DNA from: Bacillota bacterium
Lineage (GTDB): Bacteria; Bacillota; Clostridia; Christensenellales; Aristaeellaceae
DNA: 64,000 nucleotides
Assembly: GCA_023411375.1 (NCBI GenBank)
Contig: JAEYOW010000050.1
Span: forward strand, 27,464 to 91,463
Reading direction: 5' to 3'
Each line of letters begins with the position of its first letter. Positions within the stretch are counted from its first letter, which is position 1. Below are positions 25,079-35,025 of the stretch, one piece after another. The notes under the pieces were generated by a model. That model made no database searches. It saw only the letters and a program-made list of their open reading frames with translations, and was not told the origin of the DNA. A program made the translations under genes and the position numbers.

Positions 25079-25163
25079 GGGACACATCCTTTGATGAAAT
25101 GATTAGGATTTCGACGGGCGGGCGGCGACTCCCTGCCCGTCGGCGAAAGGAGTACGGAAGAAG

Positions 25164-26027
25164 ATGTGGGTGATTATGGCGCTTTTGTCCGCGCTGTTCG
25201 CGGGTATGACGGCTATTCTGAGCAAAATGGGAATCAAAAATACAAATTCTACCGTCGCGACGGCGGTACGCACAACGGTGGTACTCGTCTTTTCATGGCT
25301 CTTGGTTTTTTTGCGTGGGCTCCATGTGGAAATGGCGGGCATCTCCGCGCGAACTTACCTGTTTTTAGGCCTGTCCGGCCTGTGTACAGGCGCGTCCTGG
25401 CTGTGCTATTTTCACGCGCTCAAGCTGGGCACGGTCAACCAGGTAACGCCTGTTGATAAAAGCTCTACGGTGCTTACGATGCTGCTGGCCTTCCTGATCC
25501 TTGGGGAGCCCATCGGCTGGACGAAGGGCGCGGCGATCGTGCTGATTTCGGCCGGAACGCTTTTGATGATCGAGAGGAAGCCCGTGCAAAGCGCTACGCA
25601 TGCGGGTAAGCGCACCTGGTTGGTCTATGCGGTGTTCTCCGCCGTTTTCGCGGCTCTAACGGCGGTTTTGGGCAAGGTGGGCATCGAGGGCGTTCCCAGC
25701 GACCTGGGCACGGCCATCCGCACAATCGTTGTGCTGATCATGGCCTGGGCGATGGTTTTTGTGACAGGCAAGCAGGACGAGGTTCGCCGGATTGATAAGG
25801 GGGATATGAAATTTATTCTGCTTTCGGGCGTAGCGACTGGGCTGAGCTGGCTGTGCTATTACCGCGCCCTGCAGGATGGACAGGCAAGCGTTGTGGTGCC
25901 GCTGGACAAGCTGAGCATTGTGGTAACGATCGCCTTTAGCCGTATTTTCCTCAAGGAGAGGCTGACCAGACGCGCCATGACCGGCTTTGCGCTGCTGGTA
26001 GCGGGCACGGGAGTGCTGCTGCTGTAA
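25164..26027 (+). CDS. EamA/DMT-superfamily transporter
   Basis: Two EamA repeats, 10 TM helices. Confidence 0.85.
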   Translation: MWVIMALLSALFAGMTAILSKMGIKNTNSTVATAVRTTVVLVFSWLLVFLRGLHVEMAGISARTYLFLGLSGLCTGASWLCYFHALKLGTVNQVTPVDKSSTVLTMLLAFLILGEPIGWTKGAAIVLISAGTLLMIERKPVQSATHAGKRTWLVYAVFSAVFAALTAVLGKVGIEGVPSDLGTAIRTIVVLIMAWAMVFVTGKQDEVRRIDKGDMKFILLSGVATGLSWLCYYRALQDGQASVVVPLDKLSIVVTIAFSRIFLKERLTRRAMTGFALLVAGTGVLLL

Positions 26028-26065
26028 AGTTCTTCGCGGGATAAGACGAAAGAGGTTGATCACCT

Positions 26066-27427
26066 ATGATCCTTTCAAGGAACAGGGCCTTTTACCGTCA
26101 GGCCGTCAGGCTCACGGGCTTCATCGCCCTGCAAAATGTTATCGTGTGCTTTGTGGGGCTGGCGGATAACGTCATGATCGGCGCGTACTCTCAGGACGCG
26201 CTTTCCGGCGTGGCGTTGGCTAATCAGATTCAGTTTCTGTTGCAGATGCTGGTCAGCGGCGTCGGCGAGGGGATGGCGGTCATCGCGGCGCAGTATTGGG
26301 GCACTCGGCGCATCAAGCCAATCCGCCGGGTAGTCGCCATTGCGGCTGAATTCGCCGTCGCCATGGGTGCGGTTTTTTTGGCGTTGGCGCAGCTTTGCCC
26401 GGAGGGGATGCTTGGGCTTTTGACGGCGGATGCGGCAGCAATCGGGCAAGGCGCCAAATATATGCGTATCGTCAGCTACAGCTATCTGTTTTTCGGGCTT
26501 AGCATGGTTTTGATATCGGCGCAGCGCAGCATTGAAAACGTGCGTGTGGGCATGTACGCCTCCATTGCCGGACTGCTGGTAAATATCGCACTCAACTGGA
26601 TGCTGATCTTCGGCAACCTGGGCGCGCCGCGCATGGGCGTGGAGGGCGCGGCGATAGCCACTCTGATCGCGCGGGTGGTAGAATGCGGCGTGGCTGCGCT
26701 GTATACGTACCGCGCCGACCGCAAGTTGGCGGCGGCTCTCCGGGATTTTCTGCACCCGGATGGCGCCCTTCTGCGCGACTTTTTCCGCGTGGCGGTGCCC
26801 GTGATCCTCTCTGGTGGCAGCTGGGGTATCGCGCAGGCGGTGCAAACGGGCATTCTGGGCCATATGGGATCGGGGGCCATCGCGGCCAATTCCATTGCGA
26901 ACTCGCTGTTTCAGGTTGTGTCCGTGGTGGCGTACGGCATGGCCAGCGCCAGCGCCGTCCTGATTGGCAAGGCGGTCGGCAGCGACGACCGCGATAACCT
27001 CATGGGCTATGTCAACTCACTGCAATTGATGTATCTTGGTATCGGCATTGCGTCCGGACTGGTGCTGTTTGTCGGCACGGACTTGGTTCTCGGCCTTTAC
27101 GCCGTTACGCCCGAGGCGCTTCAAATGGCGCGTGATTTTTTGACGGTGCTAAGCGTAACGGTTGTCGGCACGGCGTATCAATGCAGCTGTCTGACGGGCA
27201 TTGTGCGCGGCGGCGGAAATACGAAATTTGTTTTCTACAATGATTTGATTTTCATGTGGGGGATAGTGCTGCCAACGAGCCTGCTGGCAGCCTTCGCATG
27301 GGGCTGGAGCCCGGTCTGGGTTTTTTTCTGCCTGAAATCAGATCAGATTATCAAGTGCTTTGTAGCGTTATGGCAGGTGAACAGCTATCGCTGGGTGCGT
27401 AAAGTAACCCGTGAAGACGGAATTTAA
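26066..27427 (+). CDS. MATE family efflux transporter (paralog 1)
   Basis: 12 TM helices; conserved N-terminal ...FIALQNVIVCFVGLADNVMIGAYSQDALSGVALANQI... Confidence 0.85.
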   Translation: MILSRNRAFYRQAVRLTGFIALQNVIVCFVGLADNVMIGAYSQDALSGVALANQIQFLLQMLVSGVGEGMAVIAAQYWGTRRIKPIRRVVAIAAEFAVAMGAVFLALAQLCPEGMLGLLTADAAAIGQGAKYMRIVSYSYLFFGLSMVLISAQRSIENVRVGMYASIAGLLVNIALNWMLIFGNLGAPRMGVEGAAIATLIARVVECGVAALYTYRADRKLAAALRDFLHPDGALLRDFFRVAVPVILSGGSWGIAQAVQTGILGHMGSGAIAANSIANSLFQVVSVVAYGMASASAVLIGKAVGSDDRDNLMGYVNSLQLMYLGIGIASGLVLFVGTDLVLGLYAVTPEALQMARDFLTVLSVTVVGTAYQCSCLTGIVRGGGNTKFVFYNDLIFMWGIVLPTSLLAAFAWGWSPVWVFFCLKSDQIIKCFVALWQVNSYRWVRKVTREDGI

Positions 27428-27467
27428 GAACTTTGCAATTTTTTTCACAAAGATTTTGTGTTTGCTA

Positions 27468-27497
27468 TTGCAAAATATGGCGTGTTTTTGGTAAAAT
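27468..27497 (+). promoter_or_regulatory. sigmaA promoter TTGCAA-18-TAAAAT for gap, with upstream palindromes
   Basis: Read directly. The upstream palindromes are CACAAA-gat-TTTGTG at 27446-27460 and TTTGCAAT/ATTGCAAA at 27432/27467. Confidence 0.45.
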
Positions 27498-27536
27498 AAC
27501 TTTTGGGATAAAACAATTTTAGGAGGTACCACGATA

Positions 27537-28589
27537 ATGGTTAAAGTTGCTATTAACGGTTTTGGTCGCATCGGCCGCCTGGCCTTCCGCCAGATGTTCG
27601 GCGCCGAGGGCTATGAGATCGTCGCCATCAACGATCTGACCAGCCCCAAGATGCTGGCCCACCTGCTCAAGTATGATACCGCGCAGGGCAACTATGAGTA
27701 CAAGGATACCGTTTCCTCCAAGGAGCCCGTTTTTGAAGAGGACGGCAAGACTGTCAAGGAGCCCGGCTCCATTACCGTAAACGGCAAGGAAATCACCATT
27801 TACGCGATGCCCAAGGCGCAGGACCTGCCCTGGGGCAAGCTGGATGTGGACGTCGTGCTTGAGTGCACCGGTTTCTATTGCAGCAAGGCCAAGGCTCAGG
27901 CGCACATTGACGCCGGCGCCAAGAAGGTCGTTATTTCCGCGCCCGCCGGCAATGATCTGCCCACCATCGTGTTCTCCGTCAACGAGAAGAACCTGACCAA
28001 GGAAGACAAGATCATCTCCGCCGCGTCGTGCACCACCAACTGCCTCGCTCCCATGGCCAAGGCGCTCAACGACGCGTATCCCATCCAGAGCGGCATCATG
28101 ACCACCGTGCACGCCTACACCGGCGACCAGATGATTCTGGACGGCCCGCACCGCAAGGGCGACCTTCGCCGTGCCCGCGCCGGCGCGCAGAACATCGTAC
28201 CTAACTCCACCGGCGCCGCCAAGGCGATCGGCCTGGTTATCCCCGAGCTTAACGGCAAGCTGATCGGCTCCGCGCAGCGCGTGCCCGTCTGCACCGGCTC
28301 CACCACCATTTTGGTGGCCGTTGTCAAGGGCAAGGATGTAACCAAGGATTCCATCAACGCGGCCATGAAGGCTCAGGCCTCCGAAAGCTTCGGCTACAAC
28401 ACGGACGAGATCGTTTCCTCCGACGTGATCGGCTCCCGCTTCGGCTCCATCTTCGATTCCACCCAGACCATGGTTGCCAAGCTGGACGACGATACCTATC
28501 AGGTGCAGGTTGTATCCTGGTACGACAACGAGAACAGCTACACCAGCCAGATGGTTCGCACCATCAAGTTCTTCGCCGAGCTGGGCTGA
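27537..28589 (+). CDS. gap: Glyceraldehyde-3-phosphate dehydrogenase (type I)
   Basis: [20 protein letters not shown]...SCTTNCLAP...; catalytic Cys motif. Confidence 0.95.
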   Translation: MVKVAINGFGRIGRLAFRQMFGAEGYEIVAINDLTSPKMLAHLLKYDTAQGNYEYKDTVSSKEPVFEEDGKTVKEPGSITVNGKEITIYAMPKAQDLPWGKLDVDVVLECTGFYCSKAKAQAHIDAGAKKVVISAPAGNDLPTIVFSVNEKNLTKEDKIISAASCTTNCLAPMAKALNDAYPIQSGIMTTVHAYTGDQMILDGPHRKGDLRRARAGAQNIVPNSTGAAKAIGLVIPELNGKLIGSAQRVPVCTGSTTILVAVVKGKDVTKDSINAAMKAQASESFGYNTDEIVSSDVIGSRFGSIFDSTQTMVAKLDDDTYQVQVVSWYDNENSYTSQMVRTIKFFAELG

Positions 28590-28710
28590 GCATAGCATAA
28601 GGCTTTGCGCTGCTTTGGCCGATGGGGGGAATCCCGTCGGACAGATAAAATGTTGAGCTACCTCGGTAGGCTTGCACGAAAGTGCGCCTGCTGGGTACGA
28701 TAGGCGTTTA

Positions 28711-28753
28711 CCCCTCTTTCCAACTGTAAGAGCAGGAGGAAAGAGGGGTTTTT
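28711..28753 (+). terminator. Strong intrinsic terminator after gap
   Basis: CCCCTCTTTCC-(16 nt)-GGAAAGAGGGG followed by TTTTT. Confidence 0.8.
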
Positions 28754-28790
28754 GCCTATGAATGAGCTATACAAAAAATCTGCTGAGCTC

Positions 28791-28816
28791 TGTAACGAAT
28801 CGGTCTGTTTCGCGAC
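28791..28816 (+). promoter_or_regulatory. ECF-type promoter TGTAAC-N16-CGAC (sigmaX/sigmaW-like)
   Basis: Read directly, about 40 nt before the ECF sigma gene at 28858. Autoregulation is typical for this family. Confidence 0.45.
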
Positions 28817-28857
28817 TAATCAAATGAAATGAGCTTTCCGAACATAATGATGAGGAA

Positions 28858-29364
28858 GTGAAATGCGTGCACGAAATCGAGGAAATGTATGAGGATTACA
28901 GCGGCATGGTGCATTCCTTCCTTTTACGGTTGTGCGGCAACCAAGATTTGGCGGAGGAGCTGACGCAGGAAACCTTTTACCGGGCTGTCAAGGGATGGCT
29001 CCATTTTCACAATCAAAGCAGCGTGCCCACCTGGCTGTGCGCCATTGTCAAGCGCCTGTACTGGTCTTCCCTGCGCAAGAAAGCTGCCGCTTCTCTTGAA
29101 ACGGAAACGGAGCCAAGCGTGCCGGACTTTACCGAGCAGCTTGCACGGCGTGACCGGGCTATGGTGGCCCAGCGTTTGTTGCACCGGCTGCCGGAGCCCT
29201 ACCGGGAGGTTTTTACCCTGCGAACCTTTTGCGACCTGACCCACGCCGAAATCGGTGAGCTGTTTGCCAAGAGCGGTCAATGGGCGCGCGTCACCTACTA
29301 CCGTGCCAGGAAAATGTTGGCGGACACCCTGAAGGAGTCTGAGCATGATGAAGATGGACTGTAA
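28858..29364 (+). CDS. ECF (group 4) sigma-70 factor
   Basis: Region 2 ...SFLLRLCGNQDLAEELTQETFYRAVKG... and region 4 ...LPEPYREVFTLRTFCDLTHAEIGELF.... Confidence 0.85.
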   Translation: MKCVHEIEEMYEDYSGMVHSFLLRLCGNQDLAEELTQETFYRAVKGWLHFHNQSSVPTWLCAIVKRLYWSSLRKKAAASLETETEPSVPDFTEQLARRDRAMVAQRLLHRLPEPYREVFTLRTFCDLTHAEIGELFAKSGQWARVTYYRARKMLADTLKESEHDEDGL

Positions 29365-30157
29365 TGTGACCCGGGACTTAATCCCCCTGATGATTGACGG
29401 CGTGGCCAGCGCGGAAAGCATGCGGCTGGTTCAGCAACATCTGGACGAATGCGCCCCCTGCGCGGAGTACTACAATGGAATGAAGTCCACATTGGAGCTG
29501 AATACGCAACGGAATGATGAAGAACGGCAGGCTTTTGACAAAGCCGCACGGCATTTGCGGAGCAGGCGGCGGTGGCGGATCTGGCGCAATGTGCTGATCG
29601 GCATGCTAATCGGCGCGCTGCTTGTAACCGGCGCTTTTACGGGCTGGCGGTATCTGACACAGGACTGCAATACATTGGTCTACTATGGCGAATATGGCGT
29701 TTTTCTATCGCGGTTGTCCGACGGACGCGTTGCTGTTAATGTGGATTTTCGTGGAAGCGATTCATACATGCTGATTGATGTGGAAGAACGCTCGGAAGAG
29801 GGGAACGCGATCCTGTACGTGTGCGCGAAAAGGCCGTTTTTGAGGCGATCTATGAGCATTCCCATGTCCAATTACAGCTGCTTGACCCTCTCTTCGGATG
29901 ATGTGGAGCGTTATGCTGAAATTCGCGAAGGCACGGCAGAGGAATACTACGTGGTATGGCAGAAGGGAATAACCATTCCGGCGGCTTCTGAAGAAATGGA
30001 AACCTATTTTACGCTGGAAGAACAAATCCAATTCTTTCCCTTGCGGGAAACGGCGGATGGCAAGGCGTTAGCCATGAGCAGAGACGACGAAAGGCGGCTG
30101 GCGGAACTCCAATGGGCGCTTTCGGACGCAAGGGAAGCCGTACCTGAATGGCAATGA
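29345..30157 (+). CDS. Zinc-binding (ZAS, HxxxCxxC) anti-sigma factor with a single TM and a ~170-aa extracytoplasmic domain
   Basis: HLDECAPCAEYY; TM WRIWRNVLIGMLIGALLVTGAFTGW. Overlaps the sigma gene's 3' end and has SD AAGGAG. Confidence 0.75.
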   Translation: MMKMDCNVTRDLIPLMIDGVASAESMRLVQQHLDECAPCAEYYNGMKSTLELNTQRNDEERQAFDKAARHLRSRRRWRIWRNVLIGMLIGALLVTGAFTGWRYLTQDCNTLVYYGEYGVFLSRLSDGRVAVNVDFRGSDSYMLIDVEERSEEGNAILYVCAKRPFLRRSMSIPMSNYSCLTLSSDDVERYAEIREGTAEEYYVVWQKGITIPAASEEMETYFTLEEQIQFFPLRETADGKALAMSRDDERRLAELQWALSDAREAVPEWQ

Positions 30158-30274
30158 GCGAGGGAAGCATCACCGGCCCTGTGAAACCGTTTAAGCCGCA
30201 GCGGTCAGAATGCGGCGCTTTGAACGTGTTAAAACACCGTTTTGGGCCGGGTAGGATTCCCGCCTCATTTGTAT

Positions 30275-31105
30275 TCAACGGAACAGAATAATATCGGATA
30301 CGGAGCGCTGGCGGCCGCCGGACGGCCGGTTGATCACCTCTCCGTTGAAAAACAGGGTGGTGGAACCGCCGCCATCCAAATTAAAAGCGTTTTGCGCGCC
30401 ATAGCGTAGAAACAGTGCTTGCAGATCATGCAAGTTCATGCCTTTGCTATACCCCTCGCGCCGTCCATCAACCACTATGACTAGGTAATGGAGCGTTCCA
30501 AGCTGGCCGATGGCCGTTCGGGGTTCTAAAATAGAGTCCCGCGTAGCGATCAGCTTAAAGGATTTGCCCAATTCCGTAGGCTTCCCATCCTTCACCAGCA
30601 CCGGTCCGAACTCAAACGAGTTGAGGACGCCTTCCGAGACCAGAGCCTCCGCCAGGGTTTTCGTGGCGGAACGTTCATTATAGAGGTCGAGATTGCCGCT
30701 GGGATCAATCGCCATCAGGTGACGGGTTGTGTCCTTTTTGCGCAGCACCTCGCCGTTGCGGATAATAATCCCATAGGAATGGCTTTTGAAGTTGTCTGCA
30801 TTGATCGCGAGCACGGCGTTGTTGCGCTCGGCGATGACGGAGGTCGGCTCGCTCTTGCGGCCGTTCTTAATGCCCTCGTATTTGCCTGCCATTGCGCTTT
30901 TAATATGGTCGGGCTCGTGGATTCGAATGTCGGCAAGAAAATAAGTAACCCCATTTTCCTGAACCTTCTGGATGCCGATGGTCAACTCTTCCGACTGGTA
31001 TTCGTAGGCAGGCGCTCCGCTGAAAGCATAATCCAGAGCATATGCATGTGGCAGCAGGAAAACTGTTAAAAGTACGGATATGAGTCCGGAAATAAAACGC
31101 TTCAT
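30275..31105 (-). CDS. Secreted phosphodiester glycosidase family protein (NAGPA / DUF2233-like)
   Basis: Signal peptide MKRFISGLISVLLTVFLLPHAYA; ...NADNFKSHSYGIIIRNGEV... and ...NLDGGGSTTLFFNGEVI... AGGAGG is 6 nt before the ATG. Confidence 0.75.
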   Translation of the reverse strand: MKRFISGLISVLLTVFLLPHAYALDYAFSGAPAYEYQSEELTIGIQKVQENGVTYFLADIRIHEPDHIKSAMAGKYEGIKNGRKSEPTSVIAERNNAVLAINADNFKSHSYGIIIRNGEVLRKKDTTRHLMAIDPSGNLDLYNERSATKTLAEALVSEGVLNSFEFGPVLVKDGKPTELGKSFKLIATRDSILEPRTAIGQLGTLHYLVIVVDGRREGYSKGMNLHDLQALFLRYGAQNAFNLDGGGSTTLFFNGEVINRPSGGRQRSVSDIILFR

Positions 31106-31217
31106 CCCTGTTCCTCCTTGCTTGAGAAAATGGAATCTAACAAAAAAATACCCGCGCTGCCGCTGCGTGAAACGCGCAATATATCCCGCTTCCGTATATT
31201 ATGCTTCCATGGGTCTT

Positions 31218-31246
31218 TTGACAGCGCCGCGCGTCTTTGCTATACT
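31218..31246 (+). promoter_or_regulatory. Consensus sigmaA promoter TTGACA-17-TATACT for the flotillin gene
   Basis: Read directly. Confidence 0.55.
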
Positions 31247-31300
31247 ATTCGCATATCATGGGCGAAAGCATTCATTCATATCAAAAAGGAGGAATCATAT

Positions 31301-32701
31301 TTGGAAACCAATTTGCTGGTGCTTATCATTATTGCGGCGGCGGTTGTGCTCATCATGCTGGTAAACTATAGGAAGGTGCCGCCAAACATCGCGCTGGTCA
31401 TATCCGGTGGTATCAGGCGGCGCTACAAGGTAAAGGATGAGGATGGCAACGTGACCGTCAAGAAATTCGGCTATCGCATCGTGCGCGGCGGGGCCACGAT
31501 GGTTATTCCCTTTTTCGAGCGTGTCGATAAGCTGAACCTTGGCATCATGCAGGTGGATATCCGTACCACGCAGCCGGTTCCCTCACAGGAATACATTTCT
31601 GTAATGGTGGATGGTGTGGCGAATATCAAGGTTGGGTCGGACGATGTTTCCATTGCCACGGCAGCCGAGCAGTTTCTCAACTGGAAGCAGGAGGATATCG
31701 CCGCGATCGCGCAACAGGTGCTGGAGGGCAACATGCGCGAGATCATCGGCCGTATGACCATTGCCGATCTCGTTCAAAACCGGGATAAATTTGCCACCGA
31801 AACCAGCCGTGCCGCCGCTGCGGATATGGCAAACATGGGGCTGGAGATCATCAACATCACCATTCAGAACTTTGCCGATAACGAAGGCGTTGTGGAAACG
31901 ATGGCGACGAAGAACATCGTTGAAAAGGAGCGCGACGCGCAGATTGCCAAGGCCGACGCTTTGCAACAGGGGCACAAGTCCAAGGTGGAGGCGGACGCGC
32001 TGATGGCGGAGCAGGTCAAGGAGCTGGAGCTTAAGCAGGCGGAGTATAAGATTCAGGCGGACCGCGCCCGCGCGGACGCGGATATCGCCTACAAGATTCA
32101 GCAGGAAATCGCGCGCAAGAGCTTCGAGGAGGAGCGCGCCGAGGCGGAGATGATCCGCTTGCAGAAGCAGACCGAGTTGGAGCGCCAGCAGGTGGAAATT
32201 CAACGCCAGAAGCTGAATGTAGAAATTCGCGAAAAGGCGGAGGCGGAGCGCGACGCGCGTATCGCCCAGGCAGAAGCGGAGAAGGCGGAGCAGCAGGCAA
32301 GGGCGGACGCGGAGTTTTACGCAGCCCAAAAGCAGGCGGAAGCCATATTGATGAAGGGCAAGGCCGAGGCGGAATCGCTGGAGCTGAAGGCGAACGCCAT
32401 GCAGAAATACGGGGAGGCCGCAATGCTTGAGATGGTGGTCAACAAGCTTCCGGAGGTGGCGAAGGCGATTGGCGAACCGCTTGCGCAGACGGAGAAAATT
32501 CTGATGTTTGGAGAGGGCGCGGCCACGGGCCTGACGCGCGATGTGACCGGCTCCATGATGCAGACATTCGAGGCCATGAAGGGCGCTGTTGGGCTGGATA
32601 TCCCAAAGATGCTCAAGGATATCTCCACAGGCGGGCTGGTTGGCAGGAAGGTGGCGGACGAAACGGAACCTTCCATAACCTCCGGCTCTGCGGATAACTG
32701 A
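31301..32701 (+). CDS. Flotillin-family SPFH-domain protein (FloT/YuaG-like)
   Basis: TTG start at 31301 with AAAGGAGG 7 nt upstream. N-terminal TM helix, SPFH domain and a long EA-rich coiled coil. Confidence 0.85.
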   Translation: METNLLVLIIIAAAVVLIMLVNYRKVPPNIALVISGGIRRRYKVKDEDGNVTVKKFGYRIVRGGATMVIPFFERVDKLNLGIMQVDIRTTQPVPSQEYISVMVDGVANIKVGSDDVSIATAAEQFLNWKQEDIAAIAQQVLEGNMREIIGRMTIADLVQNRDKFATETSRAAAADMANMGLEIINITIQNFADNEGVVETMATKNIVEKERDAQIAKADALQQGHKSKVEADALMAEQVKELELKQAEYKIQADRARADADIAYKIQQEIARKSFEEERAEAEMIRLQKQTELERQQVEIQRQKLNVEIREKAEAERDARIAQAEAEKAEQQARADAEFYAAQKQAEAILMKGKAEAESLELKANAMQKYGEAAMLEMVVNKLPEVAKAIGEPLAQTEKILMFGEGAATGLTRDVTGSMMQTFEAMKGAVGLDIPKMLKDISTGGLVGRKVADETEPSITSGSADN

Positions 32702-32765
32702 ACGCCGGCTTAAAGGCGGTTCGTGTGAAAACCGGATGAAAGCCAACCATATTTGGGACGGCAAG

Positions 32766-32797
32766 GCCCGCGAAGAACTCGCGGGCTTTTTCGTTTG
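32766..32797 (+). terminator. Intrinsic terminator after the flotillin gene
   Basis: GCCCGCGA-agaac-TCGCGGGC followed by TTTTTCGTTT. Confidence 0.8.
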
Positions 32798-32919
32798 GGT
32801 TTATGTTATCTAAAAAAATATGTTGACATTTTTCTCGGATTTATCCATAATAGAAGCAGGAAAAAAAGCGATCGTTTCCAGGCAATGGGGAAAAGTAAAC
32901 ATTCTTAGGGGGTATACCA

Positions 32920-33354
32920 ATGAAAAGGTTCCTGTCGCTCGTTTTAGCTCTTGCCGTTGTGCTTTGCTGTCAAAGCGCATTTGCCGCCGTAGCCTTCGAA
33001 AAAAGCGTCATCTACGACTCCATCACCGCTCTTTTTGAAGAAAACTTTACAGACTATGAGCCGGAGTTTGAATACGACGCCGAGAGCTCCGTCTTTATTG
33101 TGAGCCTTGCATCGCCCGACGGTTCCGCGATGGCGTTAATGCTTGAAAATGAAGACAGCCTTACCAGTTGGGAAAGTATGACCGAAAACATGAATAGCAT
33201 AGGCAAATCCGTGATTGAGCTTTTTGAAACGTCGGGGTACGAATCCGTCCATTTTGGACTGATGCTTCGCAGCGACGCCAATGAAGAAAATATCCTGTTC
33301 AGCAGCCTTGATGGCTATACCCTTTATAATGTCACGGACGATTTATCCGACTGA
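32920..33354 (+). CDS. Small secreted protein of unknown function (signal peptide, acidic)
   Basis: MKRFLSLVLALAVVLCCQSAFA followed by an acidic ~120-aa domain. Lower GC than the surroundings. A possible TTGACA-18-ATAATA promoter sits at 32823. Confidence 0.55.
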   Translation: MKRFLSLVLALAVVLCCQSAFAAVAFEKSVIYDSITALFEENFTDYEPEFEYDAESSVFIVSLASPDGSAMALMLENEDSLTSWESMTENMNSIGKSVIELFETSGYESVHFGLMLRSDANEENILFSSLDGYTLYNVTDDLSD

Positions 33355-33422
33355 CCGTAAAAGCGGCGCGACGCATCCGCTGCGCGCGGCGTGCAATGGA
33401 TAGCCATTTGTGAATTGTAAAT

Positions 33423-33469
33423 AAGGGGACGCTTCCGGGCGGCATCTGTCCGCCCGGAAGCGTCCCCTT
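33423..33469. terminator. Bidirectional terminator with a perfect 20-bp stem
   Basis: AAGGGGACGCTTCCGGGCGG-catctgt-CCGCCCGGAAGCGTCCCCTT flanked by A-rich and T-rich tracts. The stop codon of the - strand RHH gene lies inside its 3' arm. Confidence 0.8.
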
Positions 33470-33671
33470 ATTCTTCGTCAATCCGCACCACGTCCAGAGC
33501 GGCCTCAATTAAAAGGTTTATCAGCTCGTTACGTGAGCGGTTGGTTTCCGTCGATAAAGCGTCCAAACGGGCGATTGTTTCATCCCGCATACGCACGGAG
33601 ACAACCTTGTGTCCGTCGTCGCCCCTGCGTGTGCTTTTTTTTGTTATTCTGATCTCCCGCGACAAATGCAT
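33468..33671 (-). CDS. Ribbon-helix-helix (CopG/Arc/MetJ-type) DNA-binding protein
   Basis: ...GHKVVSVRMRDETIARLDALSTETNRSRNELINLLIEAALD... (beta-strand, two helices). The start is uncertain: ATG at 33671 (67 aa) or ATG at 33713 (81 aa), neither with a strong SD. Divergent from the GGDEF gene across an AT-rich region. Confidence 0.6.
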   Translation of the reverse strand: MHLSREIRITKKSTRRGDDGHKVVSVRMRDETIARLDALSTETNRSRNELINLLIEAALDVVRIDEE

Positions 33672-33855
33672 CACCCCATTCTCACCAATCGATTGTAGCT
33701 TGACACGAAACATAAAAATATATTAGAATGATGTAGTCAAAATATACTATATATTGTAGTTATGAATAAATGCACAAATAGCGGTACGCCTCAGATACAG
33801 TTACATAAAGCGTAAAGTTTTGCAAGCGGCATTGAAAAAGGAGGAGAATTGGCCT

Positions 33856-35025
33856 ATGAGAGCAAAGACGTCGTATTTGCGGGCCATACGTCTTTTCCTG
33901 GTGCTATTGAGCCTTTGCGCCGCCGTTTTTGGAATTTACTTTTGCTTTGGACAATCGAAGGGGATCAATCGCAGCGGGCTAACGATGCTCAATGAGCTGG
34001 CGCGGCAGCGAAGTTGCGGACTGTGCGTTGCGTTGGAGAGCAAGCTTCAACAGACGCCAAGGGATATAACGGATGCGTTGAAAAATAAGGATGCCACCGC
34101 GCTGGCGGCTTTGAGGCGGGCGGCGGCGGACGCCCGTGTCGGCGGGCTTCTGACGGATGAATCAGGAATAGTGCTTGTAAACCTGCTTAGCGGCGGGGAC
34201 ACCGGTTTGGATCAAAGCGTTTATAATCGCCAGGGGGTGGAACATAGCGAACCGGGCGGCACAGAAACATGGCGGCTGGATGGTGGATTCGTTACCAAAA
34301 CGCCTTTTTTGGATGGGCGGATATCCTTGGTACTGTTCACAAAGGCGGAGTGGATAGCGGAAATTCTTCAGCCAGCCCGGCAGGAAAGGCGGGCGGCGGG
34401 CATTTGCCTCGGCTTTGCGGCGATTTGTCTTGCGGCAGCGTATGTCACCCTGCGAGGTTTTAGTATGGAGGCCGACAGCGCGGCCATGCTTGCAAAGCTT
34501 GAGGAGCAAGGCAGAGAAATTGAATGTCTGCAAGAACGGGTTCGGACGGATGGCCCTACCGGCCTGTACGCCAAGGACGCCACAGAACGGCTGATTGAGG
34601 ACGCTTTAATGGAGAAGAAAAACGGGCTATGCGCGCTGATGCTAATGGATATTGACGACTTAAAGGGAATCAACGACACGCTGGGGCATGCGGCAGGGGA
34701 CCGGGTGATTAAAAGCTTTGCATGCGCCCTGCGGGAGCTGTTTGGCGGAGCGCGTTATATTGTCGGTCGTGTGGGCGGGGATGAGTTCATGGTTTTGATC
34801 AGAAAAATTAAAACGCGGGATCAGGCTACAGTGATGCTCAGGGATGCCGCGTTACGCTTAAGTGATCGAAATACCGGGCGGGAGAACGGTCCCAGTGTAA
34901 GCATCGGAATGGCTGTTGCTTTCGCGGGGGAAACCTCCTTTCAAACGCTTTACCGACAAGCGGATTGCGCTATGTATGATGCGAAAAAACGCAAGGAAAC
35001 AGGATATGCCGTTTTTTGCCCCTGA
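33856..35025 (+). CDS. Membrane-anchored sensor diguanylate cyclase (GGDEF domain)
   Basis: Two TM helices flank a ~150-aa extracytoplasmic region, with a coiled coil and the GGDEF motif VGGDEFMVLI. AGGAGG lies before the ATG at 33856. Confidence 0.85.
   Translation: MRAKTSYLRAIRLFLVLLSLCAAVFGIYFCFGQSKGINRSGLTMLNELARQRSCGLCVALESKLQQTPRDITDALKNKDATALAALRRAAADARVGGLLTDESGIVLVNLLSGGDTGLDQSVYNRQGVEHSEPGGTETWRLDGGFVTKTPFLDGRISLVLFTKAEWIAEILQPARQERRAAGICLGFAAICLAAAYVTLRGFSMEADSAAMLAKLEEQGREIECLQERVRTDGPTGLYAKDATERLIEDALMEKKNGLCALMLMDIDDLKGINDTLGHAAGDRVIKSFACALRELFGGARYIVGRVGGDEFMVLIRKIKTRDQATVMLRDAALRLSDRNTGRENGPSVSIGMAVAFAGETSFQTLYRQADCAMYDAKKRKETGYAVFCP

Noticed and set aside
27519-28598. 359-aa - strand ORF opposite gap
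   Set aside because: Antisense artifact of a highly expressed GC-rich glycolytic gene.
31583-32764. 393-aa - strand ORF opposite the flotillin gene (also 45533-46822 opposite rsmB, 54731-55873 opposite the third MATE gene, 61387-63483 opposite the TRAP genes, 40897-41907 opposite the carboxypeptidase, 43166-44855 opposite priA and def)
   Set aside because: All are antisense to confidently assigned + strand genes. They have His/Arg/Ala-rich low-complexity translations and no start signals.
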